Shown: positions 28,405 through 38,391 of the stretch, one piece after another | How the letters are laid out: each line of letters begins with the position of its first letter | How positions within the stretch are numbered: position 1 is the stretch's first letter | Source: an uncultured Acidobacteriota bacterium | GTDB taxonomy: Bacteria; Acidobacteriota; Vicinamibacteria; Vicinamibacterales; SCN-69-37 | NCBI GenBank assembly: GCA_963764505.1 | Contig: CAVXSP010000001.1 | Span: 1,959,207-2,023,206, forward strand | Direction of reading: 5' to 3' | DNA: 64,000 nt | The notes under the pieces: model-generated | The model's database searches: none | Seen by the model: only the letters and a program-made list of their open reading frames with translations | Told to the model about the DNA's origin: nothing | Translations under genes and position numbers: made by a program

Positions 28405-29556
28405 GTGAAGGCGCGCGTCCATCCGATCACAATTCTGTACCTTGCCTGGGCGCCGTTCTTCAGCGGGGCCGAGCGCGCCCTGCTGATCCTCCTGGATGAG
28501 CTGGACCGCTCGCGTTATCGCCCCATCGTGGCGATTGGCACCCGCGGCGAGCTGGAGCAGCAGCTCGGGGCGCGCGGGATTCCGACCTATTTCGTGCCGA
28601 TCGAGTACGCCGGCTGGCAGGCGCTGCCGCGGTGGCTGCGCAGCGTGAGCCGCCTGGCCGGCCTGGGCGTCAGGGAGGGGGCGGCGCTCGTGCACGCCAA
28701 CGATCTCCCCAGCTTCCAGCCCGGCGGCTACGCGGCGCGGCTGCTCGGCCGGCCGGCGGTCACGCACGTGCGGTTCCCGGACTCCGACGACGGGTTCCGC
28801 TGGTTCCTGAAGCCCTGGTTCCAGCACGCCCTGTTCGTCTCCGCGGATCTGCGGAACGCCGCGATGCGCGAGGCGCCGGGCGTGTTCGACGACCGCAGCG
28901 AGGTCGTCTACGACGGCGTGCGGCTGCCCGATCTGCCCGACGAGGACGGGCGTGCCCGGATCCGGGCCGAGCTGGGGCTCCCGCAGGACAGGCCGGTCGT
29001 CGCGCTCACGGGACAGATTGCCGAGATCAAGGGCCTCTGGGAGTTCCTCGAGGCGGCCGAGATCCTGGCGAGCCGCGGGGTGAGCGCGACCTTCGCGGTG
29101 CTGGGCGAGGACCTGAAGGGGAAAGGCGCGCTGCGGGCGCGCGCCGAGCAGGCGGTGGCCCAGAAGGGGCTGTCGCACGCGGTGCGGTTCCTGGGCTTCC
29201 GGCCGGACGCGCCGCGCATCATTCCCGCCTTCGATCTCGTCGCCGTGCCGTCTCACGTGGAGCCGCTGGGCAATGCGACGCTCGAGGCGATGGCCGCCGG
29301 CCTTCCGGTCATCGGCTCCCGGGTAGGCGGGATCCCGGAGATGGTCGTGGACGGCGAGACGGGCCGGCTCGTGCCGGCGCGCGACGCGCGCGCCCTTGCG
29401 GAGGGCATCGCCGGCCTGCTGCGTGACCCGGAGCGGATGCGCGCCCTCGGCCGGGCGGGGCGCGACCGCGCCCGCGAGCAGTTCAGCGTGGCGGCCCACG
29501 CACGTCGCGTGCAGAGCGTGTACAATCGCCTGCTCGACACGGGACGTCCGCAATGA
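28405..29556 (+). CDS. GT4 glycosyltransferase
   Basis: GTG at 28405 (VKARVHPITILYLAW...). Shows GQIAEIKGLWEF and EPLGNATLEAMAAGLPVIGSRVGGIPE. The ORF is open from 28297 (TTG), but that extension is Arg/Ser-rich. Confidence 0.8.
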   Translation: MKARVHPITILYLAWAPFFSGAERALLILLDELDRSRYRPIVAIGTRGELEQQLGARGIPTYFVPIEYAGWQALPRWLRSVSRLAGLGVREGAALVHANDLPSFQPGGYAARLLGRPAVTHVRFPDSDDGFRWFLKPWFQHALFVSADLRNAAMREAPGVFDDRSEVVYDGVRLPDLPDEDGRARIRAELGLPQDRPVVALTGQIAEIKGLWEFLEAAEILASRGVSATFAVLGEDLKGKGALRARAEQAVAQKGLSHAVRFLGFRPDAPRIIPAFDLVAVPSHVEPLGNATLEAMAAGLPVIGSRVGGIPEMVVDGETGRLVPARDARALAEGIAGLLRDPERMRALGRAGRDRAREQFSVAAHARRVQSVYNRLLDTGRPQ

Positions 29557-30719
29557 CGGTGCTCTATCTCACGAACAATTTCCAGCTGGCGGGGACCGCG
29601 AGGATTCTCACGAGCTGGCTGCGCCTCGGCCGCGCCGAGGGCCTCGGCGGCTGTGTGGCCGTGCAGCGGCCCGGCGAGCTGGCCGAGTGGCTGGATCGCG
29701 AGCGGGTTCCGCGGATCGTGAGCCGGATGCCGTGGCCGAGCCGGGCCTGGCCCGTTCCGGCGTATCGCGAGGCGCGGCGCCTCGCCCGCTGGGCGCGTCG
29801 GCAGGGCGCTGTCCTCGTCCATTGCAACGAGCACGACGTCTACCCGTTCGCCGTGACCGTCGCACGGCTGATGCGGGTGCCCATCGTCTGCCACGTGCGC
29901 TTCAGCGTCGACCGCGAGTTCTGCCAGTGGGCGTTCGGCGGGTGGCGCGCGCCCGATGCGCTGCTGTGGACGACCCGGCAGCAGCGCCAGGACTGCGCGG
30001 ACGCGATCCGGGGGATTGTCGCCCCCGAACGGCAGCATCTGATCCCGCTCGGGCCGGACCCTGCCGCCTTCGACCCGTCGGCGACCCGGCGCGCCGAGAG
30101 CCGTCGTCAGTTCGGGCTGGAGGACTCGGACGTGGTGATCGGCACGGCCACGGCGCTTCGGCCGATCAAGCGGATCGAGCACTTCGTCGAGCTGATCGCG
30201 GCGCTCGCGCGGCGTCACGCCAACGTCGTCGGCCTGATCGCGGGAGCGGAAGTGCCGGGCGAGGAAGCGTACCGGCTGCGGATCGAGCGCGAGATCGCGG
30301 CGACCGGGCTCGGCGCACGGCTCAGATGGGTTGGCCACGTGGAACCGATTGCGCGCCTGCTGCACGGCCTCGATCTCTTCGTCAGCACGAGCGTCTACGA
30401 GACGTTCGGCAACAGCGTCTGCGAGGCGATGTCGTGCGGCCTGCCGGTCGCGGCGTACGTGGGCGGGTCCGTTCACGAGATCATCGGCGAGGCGGGGATC
30501 GTCGTCGCGAACGACGACCTGACCGGTCTCACCGAGGCGGTCGAGCGTCTGGTGCGCGACGACCGCGCGCGCGCGATCTACGGCGAGCTCGGACGCCGCC
30601 GCGCGACCGGCGAGTTCAATCCGGCCGCGAGCTTCCAGCGGCTCCGCGCCGTCTACGCAGGGCTGGTCGGTGCAGACCGCACGCCGCTGTCGCTGAGCGC
30701 GTCCGGGGCCATCCGGTGA
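29553..30719 (+). CDS. GT4 glycosyltransferase
   Basis: ATGA overlap with the upstream stop. Shows ETFGNSVCEAMSCGLPVAAYVGGSVHE. Confidence 0.8.
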   Translation: MTVLYLTNNFQLAGTARILTSWLRLGRAEGLGGCVAVQRPGELAEWLDRERVPRIVSRMPWPSRAWPVPAYREARRLARWARRQGAVLVHCNEHDVYPFAVTVARLMRVPIVCHVRFSVDREFCQWAFGGWRAPDALLWTTRQQRQDCADAIRGIVAPERQHLIPLGPDPAAFDPSATRRAESRRQFGLEDSDVVIGTATALRPIKRIEHFVELIAALARRHANVVGLIAGAEVPGEEAYRLRIEREIAATGLGARLRWVGHVEPIARLLHGLDLFVSTSVYETFGNSVCEAMSCGLPVAAYVGGSVHEIIGEAGIVVANDDLTGLTEAVERLVRDDRARAIYGELGRRRATGEFNPAASFQRLRAVYAGLVGADRTPLSLSASGAIR

Positions 30720-30723
30720 CGAC

Positions 30724-32118
30724 ATGAAGGGACTGATTCTCAGCTACCTCATCACGGCGGTCGGCGCGGTCTCGGCACTCCGGTACCCGCTCATCGGGCT
30801 GCAGGTCTACGTCGGACTCGCGATTCTGCGCCCGCAGGCGATCTTCGGGTTCGCCGGGGACCTCAGCCGCCTGAGTCTGATCGTGGGCGTCGCGGTGCTC
30901 ATCGGCTGGGTGCTCCAGGCGCTCGGCTCGTGGCAGTTCGGCCGCGGTCGCGCGGTCGTCTACGCCTTTCTCGCCTTCGTCGTCTGGTTCACGCTCTCCG
31001 GCGTCTTCGCGCTCGAGCCCTCGGTGTCGTTCGAGTCGCTGTTGGAGCTCTCCAAGCTGGTCCTGCCGTTCCTCGTCGGCGTCACGCTGATGCAGGGCGA
31101 GAAGGACTGGCGGCCGATGCTGTGGACCATCGTGCTCGCGCAGGGGTACGTCGGGTTCGAGATGAACAACGACTACCTCGTCAAGGGCTACAACATGGCC
31201 GCCGACGGCTTCGGCGGCATGGACAACAACTGCTTCGGCGTCAGCCTGGTCACGGTCCTGGGACCGGCTCTGGCGCTCATGATCTCGAGCCGGAACTGGA
31301 CGCAGCGCCTGGTCGCCGGCACCTGCGCCGCACTGATTCTCCACACGACCCTGCTCACTTTCTCGCGCGGCGCCATGGTGGGCCTGATCGCGGTCGCGGT
31401 CACGGCCTTCGTGATGATGCCCAAGCGGCCGAAGTACATCGGCGCGCTCGCCCTGACGATCACCATCGCCATCTCGTTCATGGGCCCGCAGCTGTGGGAT
31501 CGGTACGCGAGCACGTTCGTGCCCGGCGAGGAGCGCGACGGCTCGGCGCAGAGCCGGATCGAGCTCTGGCGCGACTGCCTCGACGTGATCGAACAGTATC
31601 CCGTCTTCGGCGTCGGACCGGCGAACTGGCGCGTCGTCTCCGCGCAGTATGGATGGGCGGCAGGGAAGTCGGCGCACAGCGTCTGGATGGAGACCGCCGC
31701 GGAGGTCGGCGTGCCGGGGTCGCTCGCGCTGATGCTGTTCTTCGGGATCGCCGCGGTCAAGCTCTGGCCGCTCGCCCGCGCCCGCGTAACCGACGCGAAC
31801 CGCAATCAGGTCGTCCTGGCGTCCGGGGTCGTGCTGTCGATCGTCGGCTTCTGCATCTCGGGCCAGTTCGTGTCGGTCCCCGGCCTCGAGGTGCCCTATT
31901 ACGTCGTGATGCTCGGCGCGGCGATGTTGAAGGATCCACTGAAACAGACCGTCGGCGCCGAGGCCGCGAAGGCGCCGGACCGCCCGCCCGGTGCGTCATG
32001 GCTCCGACGCGCCCCGAGGCTGCCGGTGCGCGCGGGCGCCGCACCGGGGCCGCCGCCGCCGCTGCCCGCCATCAATCCCAGGTTCACTGCCCGGAGGCTG
32101 AAGCCGCAGCGCGATTGA
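30724..32118 (+). CDS. O-antigen ligase / Wzy-like polymerase family membrane protein
   Basis: About 10 TM segments. Shows LLTFSRGAMVGL and a large periplasmic loop with SAHSVWMETAAEVGVPG, typical of the Wzy_C/O-antigen ligase domain. Confidence 0.75.
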   Translation: MKGLILSYLITAVGAVSALRYPLIGLQVYVGLAILRPQAIFGFAGDLSRLSLIVGVAVLIGWVLQALGSWQFGRGRAVVYAFLAFVVWFTLSGVFALEPSVSFESLLELSKLVLPFLVGVTLMQGEKDWRPMLWTIVLAQGYVGFEMNNDYLVKGYNMAADGFGGMDNNCFGVSLVTVLGPALALMISSRNWTQRLVAGTCAALILHTTLLTFSRGAMVGLIAVAVTAFVMMPKRPKYIGALALTITIAISFMGPQLWDRYASTFVPGEERDGSAQSRIELWRDCLDVIEQYPVFGVGPANWRVVSAQYGWAAGKSAHSVWMETAAEVGVPGSLALMLFFGIAAVKLWPLARARVTDANRNQVVLASGVVLSIVGFCISGQFVSVPGLEVPYYVVMLGAAMLKDPLKQTVGAEAAKAPDRPPGASWLRRAPRLPVRAGAAPGPPPPLPAINPRFTARRLKPQRD

Positions 32119-33244
32119 CCAGCCGGCTGGCGACGAGATACCGCGTCAGGACCTCGGCGTACAACGCATTGCCGCGGCGGCTGAAGTGGAAATCGTCGGC
32201 CAGGAAGAGCCCGGCCGGATCGGGCGCGGCCCGGAACGCCGCGGTCGCATTGAAGAACGGGATACCGTGCTCGTCCGCGAACCGCTGCAGCTTGCGGAAC
32301 GGCCGGTCGTTCAGGTGCACGGTATGTGCTCCGATCCGATACTGCTCGCGGACCGGCGGAAGGGGCGTCGCATCGGCCGAGACCTGCCAGGGCTGCGGAT
32401 AGGTCGCCAGCACGAGCGGGATGCCGTAGTGCTTCAGCAGGCGGTCGAGGTCGAGAATCGGCGCGAGCGTCTGCGCCACTTCCGCGTCCATCTCCGGCCC
32501 GCCGTCCAGCGCCCAGATGTAGCGGTCCTCGTCGCGGACGAACGGCACGTCCTCGCTCGACGACTCGAACCGCCGCCGAGCGGCGTTGAAATGCCGCGCG
32601 ATCCATTCGAACGACAGCAGGCCGGGCATGCGGCTGGGCCCGTGTCGCAGCGACGGCTCGGTGACGAACAGCGGAACGCCATCCTTCGACGAGACCAGGC
32701 TCCTCGAGTAGTCGAGATGGTCCTGCACGTCCGACATGTCGAAGTTCAGCACGACCAGATCCGGCTCGAAGATCTGCAGGTGATGCTTGTACTGCAGGTA
32801 CTCGAGGAGCGGGCAATAGGAGAGGACGCCGGCGTTGACCACCTCGAGCGACGGCAGGGCGTACGTCGTCCGGAACAGGCGTTCCATCTGCCGCGCGAAC
32901 ACCGCGTCGTCGGCGGACTTGAACCCGAACGTGAACGAGTCGCCGAGCAGCAGGACGCGGGGCGTGCCGGCCGGCTTCGGAATCGCCACCTCCGGCGAGC
33001 GCAGCCCGAAGGAGTTCGTGCGGACCGGGGGGATGTCGTACCCGGGCCTCATCGCGTGGTGCTCGACCCAGCTCCGGATCCCGAGACCGAGGTCCGGGGC
33101 CCGCGCGCCGGACAGCGTGCCCGTGAAGCTGTCGTAGACGATGAAGGCGGTCTCGAGGAGGCCGATCGTCGTGAAGACGAGCGCCACGACGAAGAAGAGC
33201 CTCAGCGCCAGCGGCGCCGCTCGACGAGAAGCCGGTCCGGGCAT
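32084..33244 (-). CDS. SGNH/GDSL-family hydrolase with N-terminal membrane anchor (paralog of 1095..2207)
   Basis: Shows VLLLGDSFTFGF, NAGVLSY and DDFHFS. Convergent with the previous gene, with a 35-nt overlap. Confidence 0.7.
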   Translation of the reverse strand: MPGPASRRAAPLALRLFFVVALVFTTIGLLETAFIVYDSFTGTLSGARAPDLGLGIRSWVEHHAMRPGYDIPPVRTNSFGLRSPEVAIPKPAGTPRVLLLGDSFTFGFKSADDAVFARQMERLFRTTYALPSLEVVNAGVLSYCPLLEYLQYKHHLQIFEPDLVVLNFDMSDVQDHLDYSRSLVSSKDGVPLFVTEPSLRHGPSRMPGLLSFEWIARHFNAARRRFESSSEDVPFVRDEDRYIWALDGGPEMDAEVAQTLAPILDLDRLLKHYGIPLVLATYPQPWQVSADATPLPPVREQYRIGAHTVHLNDRPFRKLQRFADEHGIPFFNATAAFRAAPDPAGLFLADDFHFSRRGNALYAEVLTRYLVASRLVNRAAASASGQ

Positions 33245-33251
33245 CAGGCGG

Positions 33252-34445
33252 CTATTCGCCCAGCGCCGGACGCACGTGCGAGATGCGGAACACCAGGTAT
33301 CGGCTCGCGATGAAGTTGAACGACGTCCCCGCCGCGATGCCGACGACCGCCGCCGCCTGCGGCGGCAGGCCGGTGACGTGGCCGAGCACGAAGAGGGTCG
33401 TCGAGTAGTTGATCAGCGCACCCACCGTCGATGCCGCGACGAAGCCGACGAACTGGCGGACCCAGGACCGTCCTCGCGCCAGCGAAAAGCTGAAGCGGCG
33501 GTTCAGCACGAAATTGAAGCACATCGCCGCGAAAATCGCCACGGCCACCGCGGCACGCGTCCCGACGCCGGCGGAGACCAGCGCCGTGAGGATCGCCAGG
33601 TTCACGACGGTGCCCAGGGCCCCGACCGCGAGGAACTGCGTCAGCTGCGTCCACAGGCCGTACTTGAACACGTACAGCCGGCGGAGATGCTGCACGTAGA
33701 GGAGCTGCTGCTTGAGCGTCAGCTTGCTCCGGCCGAAACGCCGCTCGTCGAAGTGGATCGGCACTTCGACGACGCGCTCGCAGCCGCAGCGCACGATGAG
33801 CTCGAGGCCGATCTTGTAGCCGAGGGGCGCGTAGTCGCGGCCGCGGGCGAACGTCGATCGGCGCAGGGCGAAGAACCCGGCCATCGGATCGCGCACCGCC
33901 GTCAGCGGGCGGGCCAGGATCGTCGCGACCCGGCTGTTGAGCCAGCGAAGGAAGCCCCAGTCGTCCGCCGTCGAGCCGCCGTCGGCATAGCGCGAGCCGA
34001 CCACGAAATCGGCGCCCTCGTCGAGCTTGGCCAGCAGCCTCGGCAGCGCGTCCGGAGGATGGCTGAGGTCGGCGTCCATGCAGACGAGCACCTCGCCGCG
34101 GGCGCGGCGCAGGCCCTCGAGCACGGCCGTGCTGAGGCCGCGCTCGCCCTTGCGCACCACGATCTGCACCCACGCTTCGCGGCGGGCCTGCACGAGCTCG
34201 AGCGAACCGTCCCGGCTGTCGTCGTCGACGATCAGCAGGTCCAAGGGCAGGCAGTGGCTTTCGCGGACGCGCGCCAGCCCGTCGATCAGGTGCGTGAGGT
34301 TCTCGGCCTCGCGGAACGTCGGCACCACGACCGTGATCGTCGGGGCTGCCGACGGCGCGGGCCGCGCGGCGATCGACGCCGGCGTGCGGACGTCCAGCAC
34401 GCTGGCCGGTCTCCGCGAGCCTCCGCGTCCTGGTGCCACAGGCAT
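33252..34445 (-). CDS. Polyprenyl-phosphate sugar synthase (Dpm1-like GT2) fused to a GtrA-like membrane domain
   Basis: Shows VVVPTFREAENL, IVDDDSRDGS and CMDADLSHPP. The C-terminal 130 aa has 4 TM segments and ends FNFIASRYLVF (GtrA signature). ATG at 34445. Confidence 0.85.
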   Translation of the reverse strand: MPVAPGRGGSRRPASVLDVRTPASIAARPAPSAAPTITVVVPTFREAENLTHLIDGLARVRESHCLPLDLLIVDDDSRDGSLELVQARREAWVQIVVRKGERGLSTAVLEGLRRARGEVLVCMDADLSHPPDALPRLLAKLDEGADFVVGSRYADGGSTADDWGFLRWLNSRVATILARPLTAVRDPMAGFFALRRSTFARGRDYAPLGYKIGLELIVRCGCERVVEVPIHFDERRFGRSKLTLKQQLLYVQHLRRLYVFKYGLWTQLTQFLAVGALGTVVNLAILTALVSAGVGTRAAVAVAIFAAMCFNFVLNRRFSFSLARGRSWVRQFVGFVAASTVGALINYSTTLFVLGHVTGLPPQAAAVVGIAAGTSFNFIASRYLVFRISHVRPALGE

Positions 34446-34675
34446 GCCGCGGACTGAGCAAAAGCCTTTCCGGCGCGCTGCAGCCCGGCACGAGCGCGGG
34501 AACTGCGCTACCCGCAAGGACTTGCCGTCGTCCGGCGGCCGGGGCGCCGGCGGATGCCGGCTCGAAGTTCGCCACGGCGACGACTTTTGTTGGCCCGCGG
34601 CCCGCGAAAGGCGCGGCGAGAAAGCGCACATGGCCGCGAGCGCCGAACGAGGTATCCTAGAGCGGCGTTCAGCTC

Positions 34676-36112
34676 GTGGCGATCGAGAAGACCCCTCCTG
34701 GCAATTCGAGCGACCGGCGCGCGTCTCTGGCAGAGCCGTGGGGACGCCGCCTGTGGATTGCGGCCGCCCTGGTCGGGCTCCTCGCCGTCGGTCTCGAGTC
34801 GTACGGCATTGCGACCTGGCCCATGGCCGACGACGAAGTGCCGTCGCTCGTCGAGCTCGGGCTGCTGCACATCGGCGCCGAGCGGTTCTTCTCGGTCCCC
34901 GCCGACCAGGTCTGGAAGCTTCCGAGGGCGACGCCCTTCTGGAACGCCACGCAGCGAATCGCCATCGCCGTGCTCCCGAAAAGCGAGATCAGCTACCGGA
35001 TCCCGAGCGTCGTCTACGGCGTGATCCTGTCGCTGTTCACCTTCGTCGTCGCGGCGCGCTGGCGCGGCCTCTGGTTCGCCGCCGCGCTGGTCATCATGCT
35101 GCTCGGCAGCGAGTTGTTCCTCCTGCTGACGCAGCTCAACCGCTTCTACAGCCTGCCATTGCTGCTGCTCGCGGTGACGTTCGCGCTCATGTGGTGGCCG
35201 AAAGGGCGCACGGGCACGGCCGTCGTCGTCGGCCTCCTGACGGTGATGACCGTGCTGTCGCACAACGTCACGGTCGCGGTGTTCGGGCTGACGTTCGTGG
35301 CCGCCGTCCTTGCGTTCGCGATCGGCTGCGCGCCGTTCCGCGTCGTCGTGCGGAGCGGCGTGGCCGCCGTCATCGGCGCGCTGCTGTACTTCCTGTACCT
35401 GCGCCCGCTCGTCATGGGCTGGCACAGCACGGGCAACCCGACGCCCGTGCTGATCTCCTTCGCCGCCCAGGCCGGCATTCCCGCCCTGGCCCTGGCGCTC
35501 TTCGGAAGCTGGCTGACCATCGTCCGGCCGCGCGAGCAGCGACTGATGCTCTGGTGCGTGCTGATCGGCGTCGGCAGCATGTGCCTCTTCCTGGTCACGC
35601 ACATGACCTGGAGCCCACGATACTTCCTGTTCTTCCTCCCGGCGCTCTGGCTGCTCGCGGCGCACGGCATGGAATTCGTGGCGCGTCGCCTGGGATCGCC
35701 ATCGCTCGGGGCGGCGTGGTACGGCGCGGTGATCGTGCTGCTGCTGCCGGGGATCGCCAGTCATTTCCAGGACGGCTCCCGCCACGACTACCGGCGCGCC
35801 GCGGCCGTCGTCGCAGAGGCGGCCGGCCCGGGCGCGCCGATTCTCAGCGACGACGCCGAGACGATCTCCTACTATCTGCCGGCCGATCTGCGCCCCGGGC
35901 TGGAGGTGCGCACGCGCGTGACCGCCCTGCCGCAGACGGAGTTCTTCATGGTGTGCCGCTCGAACGTCTGGATGCGCCTTCCGGAAGTGCCGAACCGGCG
36001 GGTGGAGCTGCTGGCCGAGATCTATCGCCGGCGTTTCGATGAGTTCTCGCACGTGCTGCGCGTCTATCGCGTCGCGCCGGCGGGACGGGACCATGACGGC
36101 CTGCGACCCTGA
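34676..36112 (+). CDS. GT-C-like (ArnT/PMT_2-type) membrane glycosyltransferase
   Basis: GTG start, divergent from the Dpm1-like gene. About 11 TM segments with an early DDE loop (WPMADDEVPS). The function is inferred from topology and context. Confidence 0.6.
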   Translation: MAIEKTPPGNSSDRRASLAEPWGRRLWIAAALVGLLAVGLESYGIATWPMADDEVPSLVELGLLHIGAERFFSVPADQVWKLPRATPFWNATQRIAIAVLPKSEISYRIPSVVYGVILSLFTFVVAARWRGLWFAAALVIMLLGSELFLLLTQLNRFYSLPLLLLAVTFALMWWPKGRTGTAVVVGLLTVMTVLSHNVTVAVFGLTFVAAVLAFAIGCAPFRVVVRSGVAAVIGALLYFLYLRPLVMGWHSTGNPTPVLISFAAQAGIPALALALFGSWLTIVRPREQRLMLWCVLIGVGSMCLFLVTHMTWSPRYFLFFLPALWLLAAHGMEFVARRLGSPSLGAAWYGAVIVLLLPGIASHFQDGSRHDYRRAAAVVAEAAGPGAPILSDDAETISYYLPADLRPGLEVRTRVTALPQTEFFMVCRSNVWMRLPEVPNRRVELLAEIYRRRFDEFSHVLRVYRVAPAGRDHDGLRP

Positions 36113-36406
36113 CCGTGCCCGGCGTCTGGACCTGGTTGCGCGGACTCGATGAAGTCTGCGCGGGCTCAGACATTCGTCGCGACGGCTGCGCGCGCGGCTC
36201 GGCGAGGGCGCCTGGCCGCGAGTGGGCTCCGGCGACGCGCACGCGGCCCGGTCCTTGCACGTGACTGACCGGCGCGGCGGACCGGATCGACCAGCGTCCG
36301 CGCGCCACCAATCGTGGTTCAGGCCGAGAGTACGGAAGTCATCGACACGCCGCCTCGTGGTGTTCGGGCGGCGGCCTCGCGGGGCGGGCCCGCCGGCCGC
36401 CCCGGC

Positions 36407-37607
36407 ATGAGAGTCCTGCTGTTCACGGAAACGCGGATCTGGGGTGGGCTCGAGGTGCACGCGGTGGCGCTCTCCGGCGTGCTGGCGCAGGAGGGCGTGG
36501 ACGTCACGCTGGCCTGCATCGGCTCGGCCACTTACGAGCTGTATCGCTGCCGGGTGCCGTCCCCGGTGAACGTCGTTCGCGTCGAGCCGCCGGCGCGCCG
36601 CACCGTCGCTGGCTGGAGGCGCTCGCTGCGTCATCTGGAGGCGGACGCGGCCGTGCTGGAGAAAGGCACGCTGGCCACGGGCGGCCTCGCGCTCGACGTC
36701 GCGCTGCGGCTGCGCTATCGGCGCTACGTGACGATCATGCAGCTCGAGCCGGCGCCTCTCCTGCCTCGTTCGAGCACGCGTCATCTCGGCGGGCTGGTTC
36801 CGGGGATCGGCGCGTGGTGGTACCGACAGAAATGGACGGGCATGGCGCGATCGTGGGCGCCGCAGACGACCGTCTGCGTGAGCGATGCGATTGGAATGCG
36901 CCTCGCCGCGGACTACGGCTTCGCACCCCGCAAGCTGGTCACGGTCCACAACGGCGTCGATGTCGCCGTCTTCCGGCCGCAGCCGGAGCTGCGGGCGCCG
37001 ATCCGCCGGCAGTGGGGCGTGCCGGCCGACGCGTTCGTCTTCGGATCGGCGGGGCGGTTGAGCGAGCAGAAGGGGCTCGACGTCGGCATCGAGGCGTTCG
37101 CCCGCGTCGTCGCCGCGCGCCCGGACCTGCCGCTCTTCCTCGTCTGGGCCGGCGAGGGCGCCGAGCGGGCGGCCCTCGAAGACCTCGCGCGTCGTCTGCG
37201 CGTCGACGATCGCGTCCGCTTTCCAGGGTTCGTCGAGCGCCCGGCGGAGTTCTATCAGGGCCTCGACGTGTTCCTGATCCCGAGCCGGTACCGAGGGGCT
37301 GCCGTTCGCCCTGGTGGAGGCGCTGGCTTCTGGATGCCTGGTCGTCGGCACGACGGTCGGCGGCATTCCTGAGGTCGTCAGCCGCGCCGATCTGGGCTCA
37401 CTGGTCGCCCCCGAGAGCCCGGACGCGCTCGCGGCGGCCATGCTCGAGGTCATGACGATGCCCGTGAGCCAGCGCGAGGCGCGGGCGCGCGCCGGACGCG
37501 CCCACGTGGCCGCCGAGTTCGACCTGCGGACGCAGTGCTGTCAGATCCTCCCTCTCCTCTGTCCGCAGAACGCCCCGACCAGGAGCGCGCCCGTCACGGG
37601 CGTGTGA
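36407..37607 (+). pseudogene. GT4 glycosyltransferase, frame broken by a 1-nt insertion at about 37291
   Basis: ...VFLIPSRY is followed out of frame by EGLPFALVEALASGCLVVGTTVGGIPE. Removing one C of taCCgagggg restores the canonical S-x-YEG-x-P motif. Confidence 0.8.
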
Positions 37608-37617
37608 GGCGCGAGGG

Positions 37618-38373
37618 ATGCGGCACCTGGTCAAGCGCTGGCTTCACAGGCTGGGCTACGACGTCTCGACGGTGTCGTACGCGCAGGACTTCATGCCGGG
37701 CCTGCACCTCCGCCGGCTCTTCCAGCAGTTCCGTATCGATTGTGTGGTCGACGTGGGGGCCAACCTCGGGCAGTACCGCGACTTCCTGCGCGACGCGGTC
37801 GGATTCGAGGGCCGGATCGTCTCGTTCGAGCCCGTGCCCGAGCACGTGTCGATCCTCGAGGCGAGAGCCGCGGACGATCCGCGCTGGACGATCGTCGGGC
37901 GCGCCCTCGGCGCCGAGCCGGGGTCGCTCGAGATCAACGTCACGGCGGGCGGGGATCTGTCGAGCTTTCTCGCGCCCCGGGAATCGTCGCCCGCCATGGC
38001 GGTCGAGGCGCGAGTCGCCGTGCCGGTCACGACGCTCGACGAGTCGCTGCCGCTGATCCGGCAGAACTGCGCGCTGTCATCGACCTACGTGAAGATCGAC
38101 ACGCAGGGCTTCGATCTGAACGTGCTGCGCGGCGGCCGTGCGACGCTGACGGAGATCCCCGCGCTGCAGACGGAGATGCCGCTCCTGCCCATCTACCACG
38201 AGATGCCGAGCTTCGTGGAGATGTACGAATACCTCAAGGCGCTCGGCTTCGACTTGAGCGCCGCTTTTCCGGCGAGCCGCGACGGGTTCCTGCGCTCGCG
38301 AGAGCTCGACGGCGTCTTCGTGAACAGCCGCCTGCTGGATCGGCGCGAGCCTCGCGGACCCGGTCGCGCGTGA
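37618..38373 (+). CDS. FkbM-family methyltransferase
   Basis: Shows VVDVGANLGQY, FEP and KIDTQGFDLNVLRG. Confidence 0.8.
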   Translation: MRHLVKRWLHRLGYDVSTVSYAQDFMPGLHLRRLFQQFRIDCVVDVGANLGQYRDFLRDAVGFEGRIVSFEPVPEHVSILEARAADDPRWTIVGRALGAEPGSLEINVTAGGDLSSFLAPRESSPAMAVEARVAVPVTTLDESLPLIRQNCALSSTYVKIDTQGFDLNVLRGGRATLTEIPALQTEMPLLPIYHEMPSFVEMYEYLKALGFDLSAAFPASRDGFLRSRELDGVFVNSRLLDRREPRGPGRA

Positions 38374-38391
38374 CGCTGATCCGTGTCCCGG

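Noticed and set aside
34508-37453. Very long ORFs antisense to, or out of frame with, the genes called above. Examples: 34508..37453 (981 aa), 14626..16971, 10303..12570, 40533..42860, 18031..20523, 38383..40596, 17141..19177, 54991..56595, 954..2264.
   Set aside because: Their translations are Arg/Pro/Gly/Ala-rich low-complexity strings with no family motif. They overlap strongly supported genes on the other strand or frame. Such shadow ORFs are expected at about 70% GC because stop codons are AT-rich.
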